A stretch of 64,000 nt of DNA, from positions 64,001 to 128,000 of the forward strand of contig CAVWIH010000011.1 of NCBI GenBank assembly GCA_963755025.1, in the 5' to 3' direction. The DNA comes from an uncultured Actinomycetes bacterium (GTDB taxonomy: Bacteria; Actinomycetota; Thermoleophilia; UBA2241). Under the pieces are notes generated by a model, which saw only the letters and a list, made by a program, of their open reading frames with translations, was not told the origin of the DNA and did no database searches. Positions 51,545 through 62,103 of this stretch are shown here, one piece after another (position 1 is the stretch's first letter; every line of letters begins with the position of its first letter). The position numbers and the translations under genes are program-made.

Positions 51545-52605
51545 AGCCGCATACTCCAAGGGGACAGCCTCCGGACGGGCTCCTGCGCGGCGCCGCCGAT
51601 CTCAATCAGGACGTCTCTGTCTGGGGTGTTGCCTAGGCCGAGCTCGCCCCAGAAGCTGTCGCCGCAGGCCCACAGCGTGCCGTCGCTTCTGAGGGCCATG
51701 GTCTGCTCGTAGCCACAGGCGACGGCCTCCAGGCGTGGGCGTGCCGACCCGGGTCGGGGTGGTGACGGTCTCGTCCATGTGGCCCAGGCCGAGGTTGCCC
51801 GAGGTGGTGGAGCCCCAGGCCCAGAGGCTGCCGTCGCTCTGACGGCCAGATTGAACCCAAGCCGGCCGAGACGGCCGTCCAGGTGGCGACCGTGCCGACC
51901 TGGGTCAGGGTGTGGCGGTCGTTGGTGTCGCCCAGGCCGAGCTGGTAGCTTTCATTGTGGCCACAGGCCCACAGGGTGCCGTCGCTGCCCAGCGGCCAGG
52001 GTGTACCAGTCGCTGCCCGAGACCGCGACGGCCGTCCAGGTGGTCGAAGCCCACTGGGTCGAAGGTGTCGGCTCGATCGGTGCCGCCCAGGCCGAGCTGG
52101 CCGCGCGTCGTTGTTGCCGCTGCCCCAGAGAGGTGCCGTATGCTCTGGATGGCCATGGTGTAGTCCGAACCGGCAGGAGACGGCCGCCCAGGTGTCGGGC
52201 TACCGACCTGGGTCGGCTTGAGGTCGGTCTCGTCGTCATTGTTCAGACCGAGCTGGCCGGTGTCGTTGTTGCCCCAGCCCCAGAGGCTGCCGTTGACTCT
52301 GGATGGCCAGGGTGTAGTCGTAGCCGGCAGAGACGGCAGCTCCAGGTGGTGCCGGGGTCGACCTGGGTGGGTGAGTTGCTGCGTGGTGTCGCAGTCGCCC
52401 AGACCGAGCTTCGCCGTCTATGTTGTCGCCCCAGGCCCACAGCGTGCCGTTGCTCTTGATGGCAAGCGTGAAGTCCTGGCCAGCCGATACTGCTTTCCAG
52501 GTGCTGCCGGGGTCGACCTCGGTGGGGGTGTCTCTTTCGTCGGTGCCGCCCAGCACCGAGCTGGCCGTTGTCGTTGTTGCCCCAGGCCCACAGCGTGCCG
52601 TCAGT
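51545..52605 (-). pseudogene. 5'-truncated, heavily frameshifted RCC1/BLIP-II repeat gene
   Basis: Repeated TLAI(K/R)S(N/D)GTLWAWG.N..G.LGLG units scattered across frames; no N-terminus. Confidence 0.75.
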
Positions 52606-52836
52606 CTCACTTCCGAAACGTACACGTCGCCGGTCCCGGCAACGGAATCGCTTAATCCAGAGGGCGTTAGCCCGACAGCCTCATCGACGTACCCCCAGCC
52701 TGCATCGAAGGCAGAAGCAATCAGGTGTAGCTAGCTCGCCAACTGATGCCTCTGAAGATATTCTGACGGCTCGACTGCCGTCCTGCGTTCCCATGGGTGG
52801 GGCTTGGACGCTGACCGTCCTACAGAGGGGGCATAT

Positions 52837-54250
52837 GTGAAGCGCCCTTGGGTCATCCCTGTCATCGCCGCATTCGCCGTAACGCTTGTGCTCGCACCCG
52901 CCGCCATGGCCGCAGCTAGGCCGACAGTCACACTCAAGGCCGCAGCGAGTGTTGCTTCGGCGGCGCACTGCGCCTGACGGGAAGTGTCCATCGCGCCAAG
53001 GCCGGCGCAACATCGATCGCCATTCTGGAAAAGGTGGGCACCCGGTGGCAGAAGATCGCCACGGCAAAACTATCTGCCGAACACGCCTTCTCGGTCGACA
53101 TAGCGATAACCAGGACGGCAACTGCCGTCTTCGCGTCAGTCGTCGCGCGGGCTCGATCACGGCATACAGCAACACGGTTGTGATCGACGTCAAAGCAGCG
53201 CCAGTGCCGTGGGTCGATGTAGCCTGCGGCGGCGGCTTCGCCGTGGCCATTGGGCGAAACGGTACGCTCTGGGCCTGGGGAGGTAACGGCGATGGCCAGC
53301 TCGGCCTGAAAGGCGTTGCCGACAGGTATCGCCCGACTAGGGTCGGCAGCGCGAGAGACTGGGCAGCTGTCGCGTGCGGGGCAAGCGACACGCTGGCTAT
53401 CAAGAAGAACGGTACGCTCTGGGCCTGGGGCGACAACTATCACGGAGCACTCGGCCTCGGCGGTACGGCAAACACGGACACGCCGACCCAGGTCGGCAAC
53501 GCCACGGACTGGGCGGCTGTTTCGTGCGCAGATGACCACACCTTGGCCTTGCGTACGGATGGAACCCTTTGGGCCTGGGGCTTCAATGGGGAAGGTCAGC
53601 TCGGCTCTGGCGGCACCGACGATGTGTACACCCCGACGCAGGTCGGCAGCGAGAGCGACTGGGCTGCAGTGGCCGGTGGTGCTGGCGATACCCTGGCCGT
53701 AAAGACGGACGGCACGCTTTGGGCCTGGGGCGAGAACGACTATGGGCAGCTGGGCCTTGGAGCACATCGAACGTGCTGATCCCCACTCAGGTCGGCAACT
53801 CCAATGATCGGGTCGACCTCGCGTGCGCTGACGACCAGACCCTGGCCCTGCGGACCGATGGCACACTCTGGGCCTGGGGCGACAATGGAGACGGCCAACT
53901 CGGCTCCTCGCTACCAGCGGAACGCTGGTGCCGACCCAGGTCGCGACGCCAGCGACTCGCCGAAGTCTCTGCGGATAACGACACCTTGGCCATCAAGAAA
54001 CGGACGCGTGGGCCTGGGGTTCCAGCCTCAGCGGCCAGCTCGGTCTCGGGAGCCACGGCAAAGAGCGCAACCCCGGGCGCGTGGGGCACGCCTCCAGCTG
54101 GACGACCGTGGCCTGTGCGAACGACTTTACCGTGGCCCTCACGAAGAACGGCGCCCTCTGGGCTTGGGGCTCGAATGGCGACGGTCAGCTCGGTCGGGCA
54201 ACACTGCGGGCAGGGACATGCCGTCGCTGGTTTCGAGCGACTCTAAGTAA
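52837..54250 (+). CDS. Secreted RCC1/BLIP-II repeat protein (frameshifted)
   Basis: Signal peptide VKRPWVIPVIAAFAV...; about 7 repeats of WAAV.CG..TLA...GTLWAWG.N..GQLG. Confidence 0.8.
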
Positions 54251-54254
54251 GCGT

Positions 54255-55186
54255 CTAGGTGTTCAGCTCCATGACCTTGTTGACGGCTTCGAGCCGCGCC
54301 ATCGGCGTCAGGCCACCCAAGCCGCCATGCGGACGATAGCCATTGTAGTAGGCGAGGAAGCCCGGTAGGGCTGCGATCCGTTCAGCCGTGGAGTCGTAGG
54401 GCCGCCGGTAGGCCCAGCCGTTCTGCACGATCTTCACGAAGGCCTCGGCCTTGCCGTTGGTCTGCGGATGATAGGGCCGCGTGTAGAGCTGTCTCAGCCC
54501 GTGGCCGGCTGCAGCCGCGCGGAAGAGGTGCGAGTGGTACTGCATGCCGTTGTCGGTGAGCAGGCGCCGCACCTCGATGCCGTGGGCCGCAAAGAAGGCC
54601 AGGGCGCGCTCCAGGAAGGCCGCCGTGCTTGTCGGGCGCTCGTCTGTGAGCTCCTCGGCGTAGGCCAGACGAGTGGGTCGTGACGGCCACGTGCACGAGG
54701 TCCCAGCCGATGCCGCGGTTCCTGCGGCTGCGCTGGCAAAGCGCAGCCGCGCTCCGAGCGCCCAGGCGCTCGGTCGAGGTGCACGAGGTCGCCGGGGACC
54801 GGCCAGCAGTAGCGCACGGCGGTCGCCCTCGCGCACAGGTCGCGCAAGCGACCAAGCCCCAGGCGCCGCAGGGTGCGGTAGACGGTCGAACCGGCCAGTC
54901 CCAATCGCCAGGCGATCGGCGCTGGCCCGAGGAGGCGCAGGCGCAGCGAGATCACCGGTCGCAGTGAGGGGCCGCTTAGACGGTAGACCACACGGTGCGG
55001 CCGGCAGCGGCGGTCGGCCAGACCGACGCTCCCCTCGCGCCGAGCCCGGGCCAGCCACTTGCTGGCGGTCTGGCGGCTGACGCCGGCGGCTGCGGCAGCC
55101 GCCGTGATGGTCCAGCCCTGGCGCTCGATACGCTCGACCAGCAACTGCCTGCCCAGTGGGGTGAGGCGCGCGTTACCATGAGCCAT
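54255..55186 (-). CDS. IS481 transposase (frameshifts)
   Basis: MAHGNARLTP.GR, LTDNG, TRPYHPQTNGKAE and YNGYRPHGGL. Confidence 0.92.
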
Positions 55187-55274
55187 GAGGGCCCTCCTTC
55201 TCGGTCTTGGCTTAGGCACCAACAACCGATGAAGGACGGGCCCTCACCTGTCAACAAGGTTGTGACTCAGAACA
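54260..55274 (-). mobile_element. IS481-family insertion sequence
   Basis: TGT...ACA ends with imperfect IRs (TGTTC...ACCTTGTTGAC); flanks TCTAGG/CCTAGG fit an NCTAGN target duplication. Confidence 0.92.
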
Positions 55275-55276
55275 CC

Positions 55277-55363
55277 TAGGGCCGCCGCAGAGGCCGTTCT
55301 AAGCGTGGGCAGATCGGTCCGGGAGCCGCCGCCGCAGTGTCCTGCAACCTCCGTGCAACCAGC
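55277..55363. repeat. Repeat X copy 1
   Basis: 87 nt, 73/87 identical (ungapped, hand count) to 56307-56393. Confidence 0.9.
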
Positions 55364-55428
55364 TGCGCCCTGGGGCGGCTCTGACAAGGGGGGCCCTGCT
55401 CCACCACCCGCGCGCGCGCCTTCGAGGC

Positions 55429-55581
55429 TCAGGCCGCTTCGCTCAGAGGCTCGATCAACTGAAGGTCGAGCCCGCCGCACACCGGGCAGGAGAGAAGGTC
55501 TTCTTCAACATCGGGCAGGAACTCGGTCTTGACGAAGCGGTGACCGCAGTCTTCGCAGAAGTAGTAAGGCATATCCATCAT
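55429..55581 (-). CDS. Small zinc-ribbon protein (FmdB-like)
   Basis: YFCEDCGHRF...CPVCGG; AGGAGG RBS. Confidence 0.75.
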   Translation of the reverse strand: MMDMPYYFCEDCGHRFVKTEFLPDVEEDLLSCPVCGGLDLQLIEPLSEAA

Positions 55582-55804
55582 GCGCCTCCTTCGTATCGGT
55601 TGTCCCCCGCAGGCGTCCATTTGGCTCAGGTTCCAACCTGCGCCAGGTGAGCCCTAGCGAGAGCCTCGCCTGCCTCAACGCACGCCAGCGCCGTGACCTC
55701 ATCGAGGCGCTGACGCATAGCTCCCTCCACTGACGGGCAGGCAGGCCACACCGCCTTCGGGGCCCGGGTGCGCCCATGAGGTGCGGCCGCGGCCCTGCAG
55801 ACAG

Positions 55805-56200
55805 TCAGCCGATTCCCACGATCGTCGCGGCCTCCTGCCGATCGCGACAGGCACGCAAAGCCACGATCTGGCCCTCGCGGACCGTCACGACATCGTAGTT
55901 GCGATCGTTCGCCTGGCGGGCGCGATGGGCGTCGACCCCCGGTTGTCGAACCACGACCAGTACATGGTCATCTTGGGCGACTACCTCCTCCAGCTCCATG
56001 TGCAGTCCCTGGCCCGCCTGGCGTTTGAGGGCTGCCTTGAGCTCGTTGCGGCCATGGCAGACCTGCGGTTCGGGGTCCTCGACTGAGGGATCGAGATAGG
56101 TCCATTCCAGATCCGCGTCGATGAAGCTCAGCATGGCCGCCAAGTCGCCGCGTGCATACGCCTCGTAGGCTCGGCGAACGACCTCTTCAGGGTTCGGCAT
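55805..56200 (-). CDS. SnoaL/NTF2-like domain protein
   Basis: VVRRAYEAYARGD and VTVREGQIV...DRQEA. Confidence 0.85.
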   Translation of the reverse strand: MPNPEEVVRRAYEAYARGDLAAMLSFIDADLEWTYLDPSVEDPEPQVCHGRNELKAALKRQAGQGLHMELEEVVAQDDHVLVVVRQPGVDAHRARQANDRNYDVVTVREGQIVALRACRDRQEAATIVGIG

Positions 56201-56306
56201 CAGCTTTCTCCGTGTCGCCCTCGGAAAGTATTCCCGAACAAGGACTCTCGTGGCGGGTTGGTCAGCGGCCTGCGTGCGATGTTGCCGCCTGCTCGGGGCG
56301 TCGACT

Positions 56307-56393
56307 TAGGGCCGGCGCAGGGGCCGCTCTAAGCGTGGGAAGATCGGTCCGGGAGCCAGCGGGCGAGTCTCGCGCGACCTCCGTGCAACCAGC
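56307..56393. repeat. Repeat X copy 2
   Basis: TAGGGCCG...TCTAAGCGTGGG.AGATCGGTCCGGGAGCC...ACCTCCGTGCAACCAGC. Confidence 0.9.
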
Positions 56394-56498
56394 GGTGGGT
56401 GCCAGGGGAGGGGGAGGGGTATCCGACCCGGCCGCCACCTCTGCCACTGTGCCACCGCTGAGTTGGGTGCGGTGGCACGGTGGCAAATGCGCGCGACC

Positions 56499-56664
56499 TC
56501 AGGGGAAATCCCCCTCCCCCCTCCGCTTACCCGGCTGGAATCTGCGGCGGGGCACCTCTCCGGCGCCGCGGAAGGCGTCTCCGTCGCGCGCGAGCACATC
56601 GCAGGTATGCCGGACTTCGTGAAGGACGGCAGGGCCGCGGAAGGCAAGTAAGAGGCCACGGGAG
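56499..56664. repeat. Repeat Y copy A
   Basis: TCTCCGTCGC...TATGCCGGACTTCGTGAAG...CGGAAGGCAAGTAAGAGGCCACGG. Confidence 0.8.
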
Positions 56665-56710
56665 GGGAAGACGGCTCCCGGCTCGATTAACGGTCTCCGG
56701 CTAAGGACAG

Positions 56711-57073
56711 CTAGAGCACGAAGGCGCAGCCGTCCCAGAAGGCACGCACCCTGCGTTTGCGGTGGCTCAACTCCAGCACGACCGTCTCCGGCAGACGACT
56801 GCCCGCATCGAGCCACAGCTCGAAGCCGTCGGCGTCGAGTCTGGTAAAGCGCGAAATCGGCCGCGCCGGCGGCTCGACGCCGGTCTCAAGCAGGATGAGG
56901 CCGCCGGTGCAGCAGCGGTGCACCACTTTCCACACGTAGAGGCGTCCGCCGTGCTCGCGCACATAGTCAGCCACGCCTTGGCCGGCTTCCACGCGGGGCC
57001 GGCCAGTCTCAACCGCTGGGGCGACCGCCGTCCCTCGCTCCGAATCCGCTCTCGCTTCTGATCGCTTCTCCAC
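56711..57073 (-). CDS. Hypothetical protein (CC motif, possibly HesB/IscA-like fold)
   Basis: VADYVREHGGRLYVW...RCCTGG...VRAFWDGC; AGGA RBS. Confidence 0.65.
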   Translation of the reverse strand: MEKRSEARADSERGTAVAPAVETGRPRVEAGQGVADYVREHGGRLYVWKVVHRCCTGGLILLETGVEPPARPISRFTRLDADGFELWLDAGSRLPETVVLELSHRKRRVRAFWDGCAFVL

Positions 57074-57360
57074 GCTGTCCTAATGCCCCGTCGTTAGGTG
57101 GCCGAAGCGCTTCCGGTGAGCTGCCCTGCCTTCGTGCGGTCCGCTGAGGCGACGCCGCCTGGGCACTGAGACGACGCCTTATTGTTCGGCGAGCCACATG
57201 CTCGCTCCGCCGCCAGGGGTCGGGGGAAGGCTCAAGAACCGGCGGGCGTATAGTTGGCGAACCAGTCGGGTCGTGCGATCTGGCGGGCAACGCTCAGAGC
57301 CGCCTGGGCTGGAACAGGCTGGCGGTCAAGTAGCGCCCCGAAAGCCACCCTCGTGCGCAG

Positions 57361-57471
57361 CACTTCTCCGGGCCGCGGGCGGCCTCTCCCTCGCGCTGGA
57401 GTACACCTAAGCTATGTCGGGCTTCGTGAAGCCCAAGAGGCCGGCGGAAGACAAGGAAGAGGCCACGGAGG
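57361..57471. repeat. Repeat Y copy B
   Basis: 57385-57471 is 74/87 identical (ungapped, hand count) to 62185-62271. Confidence 0.88.
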
Positions 57472-57541
57472 GCATCTCGGCGTGTGCTACCGCTCTTACG
57501 GATGCCCTCGTCCGACCGACCGTCCGTGGTGTGCGAGTTCG

Positions 57542-58204
57542 TCAGCCGGCCTGAATCAGCCCCGATTCATAGGCAATCACGACGAGCTGGGCGCGATCTC
57601 GGGCCGCGAGCTTGGTGAGAATACGACTCACGTGCGTCTTGACGGTGGTCAGGCTCACGCACAGGGAGTCGGCGATCTCTTGGTTGGAGAGCCCGCGCGC
57701 CACGAGCAACAGGACCTCGCGTTCGCGCTCGGTGAGCAGCTCGAGGTCGGCTCGTCGCTCCGTCGGCGTCTGCGATTGCTGTGCGAAGTGTGCAATCAGC
57801 CGCCGCGTGACGTTCGGGGCAAGCAGGGCCTCACCGGCGGCGACCACGCGGATCGCTTCGAGTAGCTCCTCGAGGGGACGGCTCTTGAGCACGAAGCCAC
57901 TGGCTCCGGCGCGCATCGCGGCAAAGACGTACTCGTCTAAGTCGAAGGTCGTGAGGATCAGGACTCGCGAATCTTGTCCGGGCTCTGCTGAGGTGATCCG
58001 GCGGGTCGCCTCGATGCCGTCCATGACCGGCATGCGCACGTCCATCACAATGACGTCCGGTGCGGCGCTCGTTGCCAGGCGGACCGCCTCGACTCCGTCG
58101 GCCGCCTGGCCGACGACCGCCATGTCCTCTTCGGCCTCGATCAGGGCAACGAAGGCGGTGCGCAGCAGCTCCTGGTCGTCGACGACTAAGACGCGGATCG
58201 TCAT
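57542..58204 (-). CDS. NarL/LuxR-family response regulator
   Basis: VVDDQ, DVRMP, LTTFD and LTEREREVL...GLSNQEIA. Confidence 0.95.
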   Translation of the reverse strand: MTIRVLVVDDQELLRTAFVALIEAEEDMAVVGQAADGVEAVRLATSAAPDVIVMDVRMPVMDGIEATRRITSAEPGQDSRVLILTTFDLDEYVFAAMRAGASGFVLKSRPLEELLEAIRVVAAGEALLAPNVTRRLIAHFAQQSQTPTERRADLELLTEREREVLLLVARGLSNQEIADSLCVSLTTVKTHVSRILTKLAARDRAQLVVIAYESGLIQAG

Positions 58205-59478
58205 GGCATCACCTGGAGGGGTATGACGGCGCTGATGCGAAAGCCGCCACGAGGCAGCGGCTCGGCTTCAAGCGAGCCGCCGAAGGCGGCGACCCGCTCC
58301 CGCATGCCCACGATACCGTGCTGCGCACTGGAGGTCACGGGCTGCTCGGCTACCTGTCCGGTGGGGGCTGCCCCGCCGTCGTTGCTGACCACGACGCCGA
58401 CCTGCTGGGCCGAGACTGTAAGCTCCACGGTAGCCTTGGCTCCCGGGGCGTGCCTGGCCACATTGGTCAGGGCCTCCTGAACGATGCGATAGATCGACAG
58501 CTGCAGGGCCGCCGACAGTCGCCGATCGGTCCCCAGGACGTGAAGTTCCACGGGAGTGCCGGCGGCTCGCATCATGTTTGCGAGTTCCTCGAGGTCGGCC
58601 AGACCGGGCGCCGGGGTAAGCTCGCCGCGTGCACCGTCTCCATCGCGCAACAGCCCCAACACCGCCCCCAGCTCCTCTTGGGCGGTTCGCGCGGTCTCCT
58701 CGATCAAGTGCAGCGTGGTACCGGCGTGCTCGGGCTGCCCTGCCATGAGTCGCCGACCGACCCCGGCCTGGACTGTGATCACGGTCAGGCTATGGGCGAC
58801 CACGTCGTGCAGCTCGCGGGCGATCGCCATGCGCTCCTCGCGCAGCGTCTGGCGGGCACGCTCGGTTTCGATGATGCGCTGCTGGGCTTCCTGCTCGGCC
58901 ACCCCGGCCCGGTAGGCGCGGCGGGCCGCGACGCCGTCTCCGACAAACCAGGCGGCCACGAGCGGAATGAGGATCTCGAGGGCGTGCCCCGGGTTGGCGA
59001 CCTGTCCGACGGCGAGCGCACCGGCGAGGACGATCTCGGCTGTGACGAGGCCGCGCAGGGCAGCGCGTCGCGCCTGCCGTGTCACCACGATGTAGCCGGC
59101 CAGACCGAGCATGACGGCGACCGGCGGCGACGAGCGACCATAGAGGGCCAGCACGGCGGCGCCGGTCGTGACGAGACCCAGCGTCGGCAGCGGCCAGCGT
59201 CTGCGAAGCCCAATGGGGAGGCAGGCAAGGACGGCGCACGCTTCGAGAAGGCCAGGCGGCGGAGCGTGGGCCACGATGTCGCGGTCGGCAAGGAAGTGGA
59301 AGAGCGGCCCGGGCGATCCGCGAAGGGCGGCGCTCGCACCCAGTAGGCCAAGCAGGGCGGCCGCCCAGTCGATCGCGACCCACTGCGCCTCACTCAGGCG
59401 TCGCGGCGGTGTGGGTGGCGGTTCTCGGTCTGTCGGTCGCGTAGACATGTGTCCCTTGAGTGTAGCGAGGTCAGGCAT
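58201..59478 (-). CDS. HisKA_3 sensor histidine kinase
   Basis: ERMAIARELHDVVAH, QEALTNVARHA and GIVGMRERV. Confidence 0.93.
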   Translation of the reverse strand: MPDLATLKGHMSTRPTDREPPPTPPRRLSEAQWVAIDWAAALLGLLGASAALRGSPGPLFHFLADRDIVAHAPPPGLLEACAVLACLPIGLRRRWPLPTLGLVTTGAAVLALYGRSSPPVAVMLGLAGYIVVTRQARRAALRGLVTAEIVLAGALAVGQVANPGHALEILIPLVAAWFVGDGVAARRAYRAGVAEQEAQQRIIETERARQTLREERMAIARELHDVVAHSLTVITVQAGVGRRLMAGQPEHAGTTLHLIEETARTAQEELGAVLGLLRDGDGARGELTPAPGLADLEELANMMRAAGTPVELHVLGTDRRLSAALQLSIYRIVQEALTNVARHAPGAKATVELTVSAQQVGVVVSNDGGAAPTGQVAEQPVTSSAQHGIVGMRERVAAFGGSLEAEPLPRGGFRISAVIPLQVMP

Positions 59479-60580
59479 CGCGGGTGACCATGCGCCACGC
59501 CCCGATCAAAGACCACCCGACGATCCACCCGACGATCACGGCGACCATGGCCCAGGTCGGCATCGGCGGTATGCCGAGTCCCCCTCGCGCACTCGAGAGC
59601 GGGCCACCGCCCGCGCCGCCAAACGCCAGCCCCGCTGGGCGAAGCTGGTCCATGGCAACGCCGACGATGAGTCGCTGACCGTCGAGCAGATAGGGGATCA
59701 CGTGGCTGGCGGCAAGCGGTGTCACGATGATCTCAAGGGCGATCAGCACGATGGTTGAGAGGGTGCGCTGCCCGGTCAGCGATCCCAAGCCGAGCCCCAC
59801 CAGAAAACCGATCCCGACCTCGAGCTCGAGCCACAGCCCGACCTTGGCCATCTCGCCGGGGGCCGGATTGAACGCGGCGGTCTCGCTGGTGCTGTACTCG
59901 CCGTAGATGATGATCATATCGCGAGCGATGCTCATGTGAGTCTGCGGCAGACCGAACGCCAGAGCAGCCTGTCGGGGATGCTGCTCGAGCCAGCTCCGTA
60001 GCTGGGTCTCGTCGAGGTGGGCCGGCACGGGGACGCCGTTTAGAGCCGAGGCCATCGAGGGAGGCTGGGCGGTGCCGTCGTAACTTGTCACCAGGCAGAG
60101 GGCGACGAACGCCACGGCAACCAGCGGCAGCAGGATCGCTAGGCCAGCGGGGATGCGGGCGAGATAGAGGGCAAGGCGGGATCTGCCGGTGGCCACGAGA
60201 TGGCGAAAGACGCCCTGGCTCAAGTCCGTGGTCGCCGCCGCGGTGCCCAGCACCGCCGCGACGATGAAGCCGAACTCGGCTATCACATTGGACAGGCTGG
60301 CGAAGGCCAGGGGGCTGCCCGCCGGCCCGTAGGCCTTTGCGTTGATCGCCTGAAGGAGCAGCCGGAAGCCGAGAACGAGGAGCGGGATACCCACGGTGAG
60401 CAGTACCACGACGATCATGAGGCCACGGCGCTTGCGCAGCTCGAGCTGCTTGGTCGTGATCAGACCCCAGGTTGGGACCCATAGGGGCAAGCGGTGTGTC
60501 GGTGCCCCTGCTGACGCTGGTATCGGCGGAGATGGTTCGAGCGGCGTCGGCCGTCGGCCGGTCGAGGAGGTGCTCGTCAT
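59471..60580 (-). CDS. ABC-2 type transporter permease
   Basis: 6 TM; DLSQGVFRHLVATG; ends MVTRDA. Confidence 0.8.
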   Translation of the reverse strand: MTSTSSTGRRPTPLEPSPPIPASAGAPTHRLPLWVPTWGLITTKQLELRKRRGLMIVVVLLTVGIPLLVLGFRLLLQAINAKAYGPAGSPLAFASLSNVIAEFGFIVAAVLGTAAATTDLSQGVFRHLVATGRSRLALYLARIPAGLAILLPLVAVAFVALCLVTSYDGTAQPPSMASALNGVPVPAHLDETQLRSWLEQHPRQAALAFGLPQTHMSIARDMIIIYGEYSTSETAAFNPAPGEMAKVGLWLELEVGIGFLVGLGLGSLTGQRTLSTIVLIALEIIVTPLAASHVIPYLLDGQRLIVGVAMDQLRPAGLAFGGAGGGPLSSARGGLGIPPMPTWAMVAVIVGWIVGWSLIGAWRMVTRDA

Positions 60581-61795
60581 GCTTGTTCTCCGAGTCGGGT
60601 CGTGACAGATAGGAACCAGTCCTCCAGCGTGGTTTGGACCTCTTGGATGCCATAGACCGCGATCTCGCCTGCAACGAGTCGGCGGTTGATCTCGGCGACG
60701 GTCTCGCGGGATGTCCGTGTCGGCAGGGTCACGGTGATGCCCGTCTCAGTTGAGGCCGCGCCGGCGGCGATCCCGCCCTCGGCGACGAGTTGGGCAGCCC
60801 TGCTCGGCTCGGAGCAGTCCACTCGCAGTACCACGCCGCCAGCCTCCTGGAGCAACTCCGTGATGGGGCCCTGGCGGATGACTCGTCCGTGATCGACGAT
60901 CGCCACGGCGTCGCAGGTGCGCTGCACCTCATCCAGAAGATGCGAGGACAGCACCACCGTGCGTCCCTCGCTGACGAAGCTTGCAATCAGCGCCCGCATC
61001 TCCTGTATGCCGGCCGGGTCGAGCCCGTTCATGGGCTCGTCCAACACGAGCAGCTGCGGGTCGCCGAGCAGGCACGACGCCACTCCCAGACGTTGACGCA
61101 TGCCCATCGAGTAGGTGGCGACCTTGTGGTCGGCCCGCTCTGCCAGCCCCACTCTGGCTAGCGAAGGAGCGATGCGCGCCCGCGCCTGGCCTCCCCGTGC
61201 CGCCGCCAGCAGGCCGAGGTTCTCGCGTGCGGTCAAGTGGGGGTGAAAGCGCGGCTCGTCGACGATGGCCCCAACGCGGGCGAGGGCTCTGCTGCGCTCA
61301 GAGGGCACGGGAACCGCCGAGCAGGGACATCGTGCCGCTGTCGGGGCGCGTCAGCCCGAGCAGGGTGCGGATCAACGTCGTCTTGCCGGCGCCGTTGGGG
61401 CCGAGGTAGCCGAAGGCGCTGCCGCGCGGCACGAGCAGCTCCACGTCGTTGACTGCAACCGTCGTTCCGAAGCGCTTGGTGAGACCGCGGGTCTCGACGG
61501 CCCAGTCCCCTGGTGATTCCTTGGTCCAAGCGACGGGGCGCGCCGGTGGCGAGGTCTCCACCGCCTTGGTTGCGACAGCGGTCGCCCTTCTGTGGGCGAC
61601 GCGCGACGCTATATCGGCTGACTCGGTCGGCAGCGACCTGGCCGTGCTCGCAAGCGCGTCCGGGCCGTCGCTCGATCGGCGCGCGCGCCGTCGTCTCCTG
61701 AGAATCACGACAGCGAAGGTCAGCGCGACCAGCACGACCCCGACGTGGATCGGGAACCCGCCGCGAAACAGGTCAACCGTGCTTATCGTGGACAC
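60577..61795 (-). CDS. ABC transporter ATP-binding protein (frameshift near 61310)
   Basis: GPNGAGKTT, YSMGMRQR, LDEPMNGLD and SSH motifs. Confidence 0.9.
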
Positions 61796-61901
61796 AAGCA
61801 GTGCCTCCCTTGGTCACAGACACCATGGGCGCGCTATCGCGCCGATTACACGAGCTGAATGATGTCAGTGCACAGATCGTGCACCGTCGGAGGGTCGCTG
61901 T

Positions 61902-61944
61902 CGTCGTGCTGGAGGATGAAACGCGTGTCATCCTCGAGATGTAG
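61902..61944. promoter_or_regulatory. Putative response-regulator operator
   Basis: GAGGATGA-N8-TCATCCTC perfect inverted repeat upstream of the ABC/TCS operon. Confidence 0.55.
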
Positions 61945-62103
61945 GCGACTGTCTGCTTAGAAACGGCCGCGAAGCTCAGGCACCATTGACGAAGCTGGGC
62001 TGGGGAGACAAGGGCATGCAGCTGCCCTGCAAGGGGTCTTGTGGCCTCATGTGCAAACGTGCGGCCAGCTCGGTTTGGAGTTGCGCAGTGTGCGGGTCCG
62101 CGA

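Noticed and set aside
51545-54250. Diversity-generating retroelement acting on the RCC1 repeats
   Set aside because: No reverse transcriptase and no TR/VR pair with adenine-specific differences.
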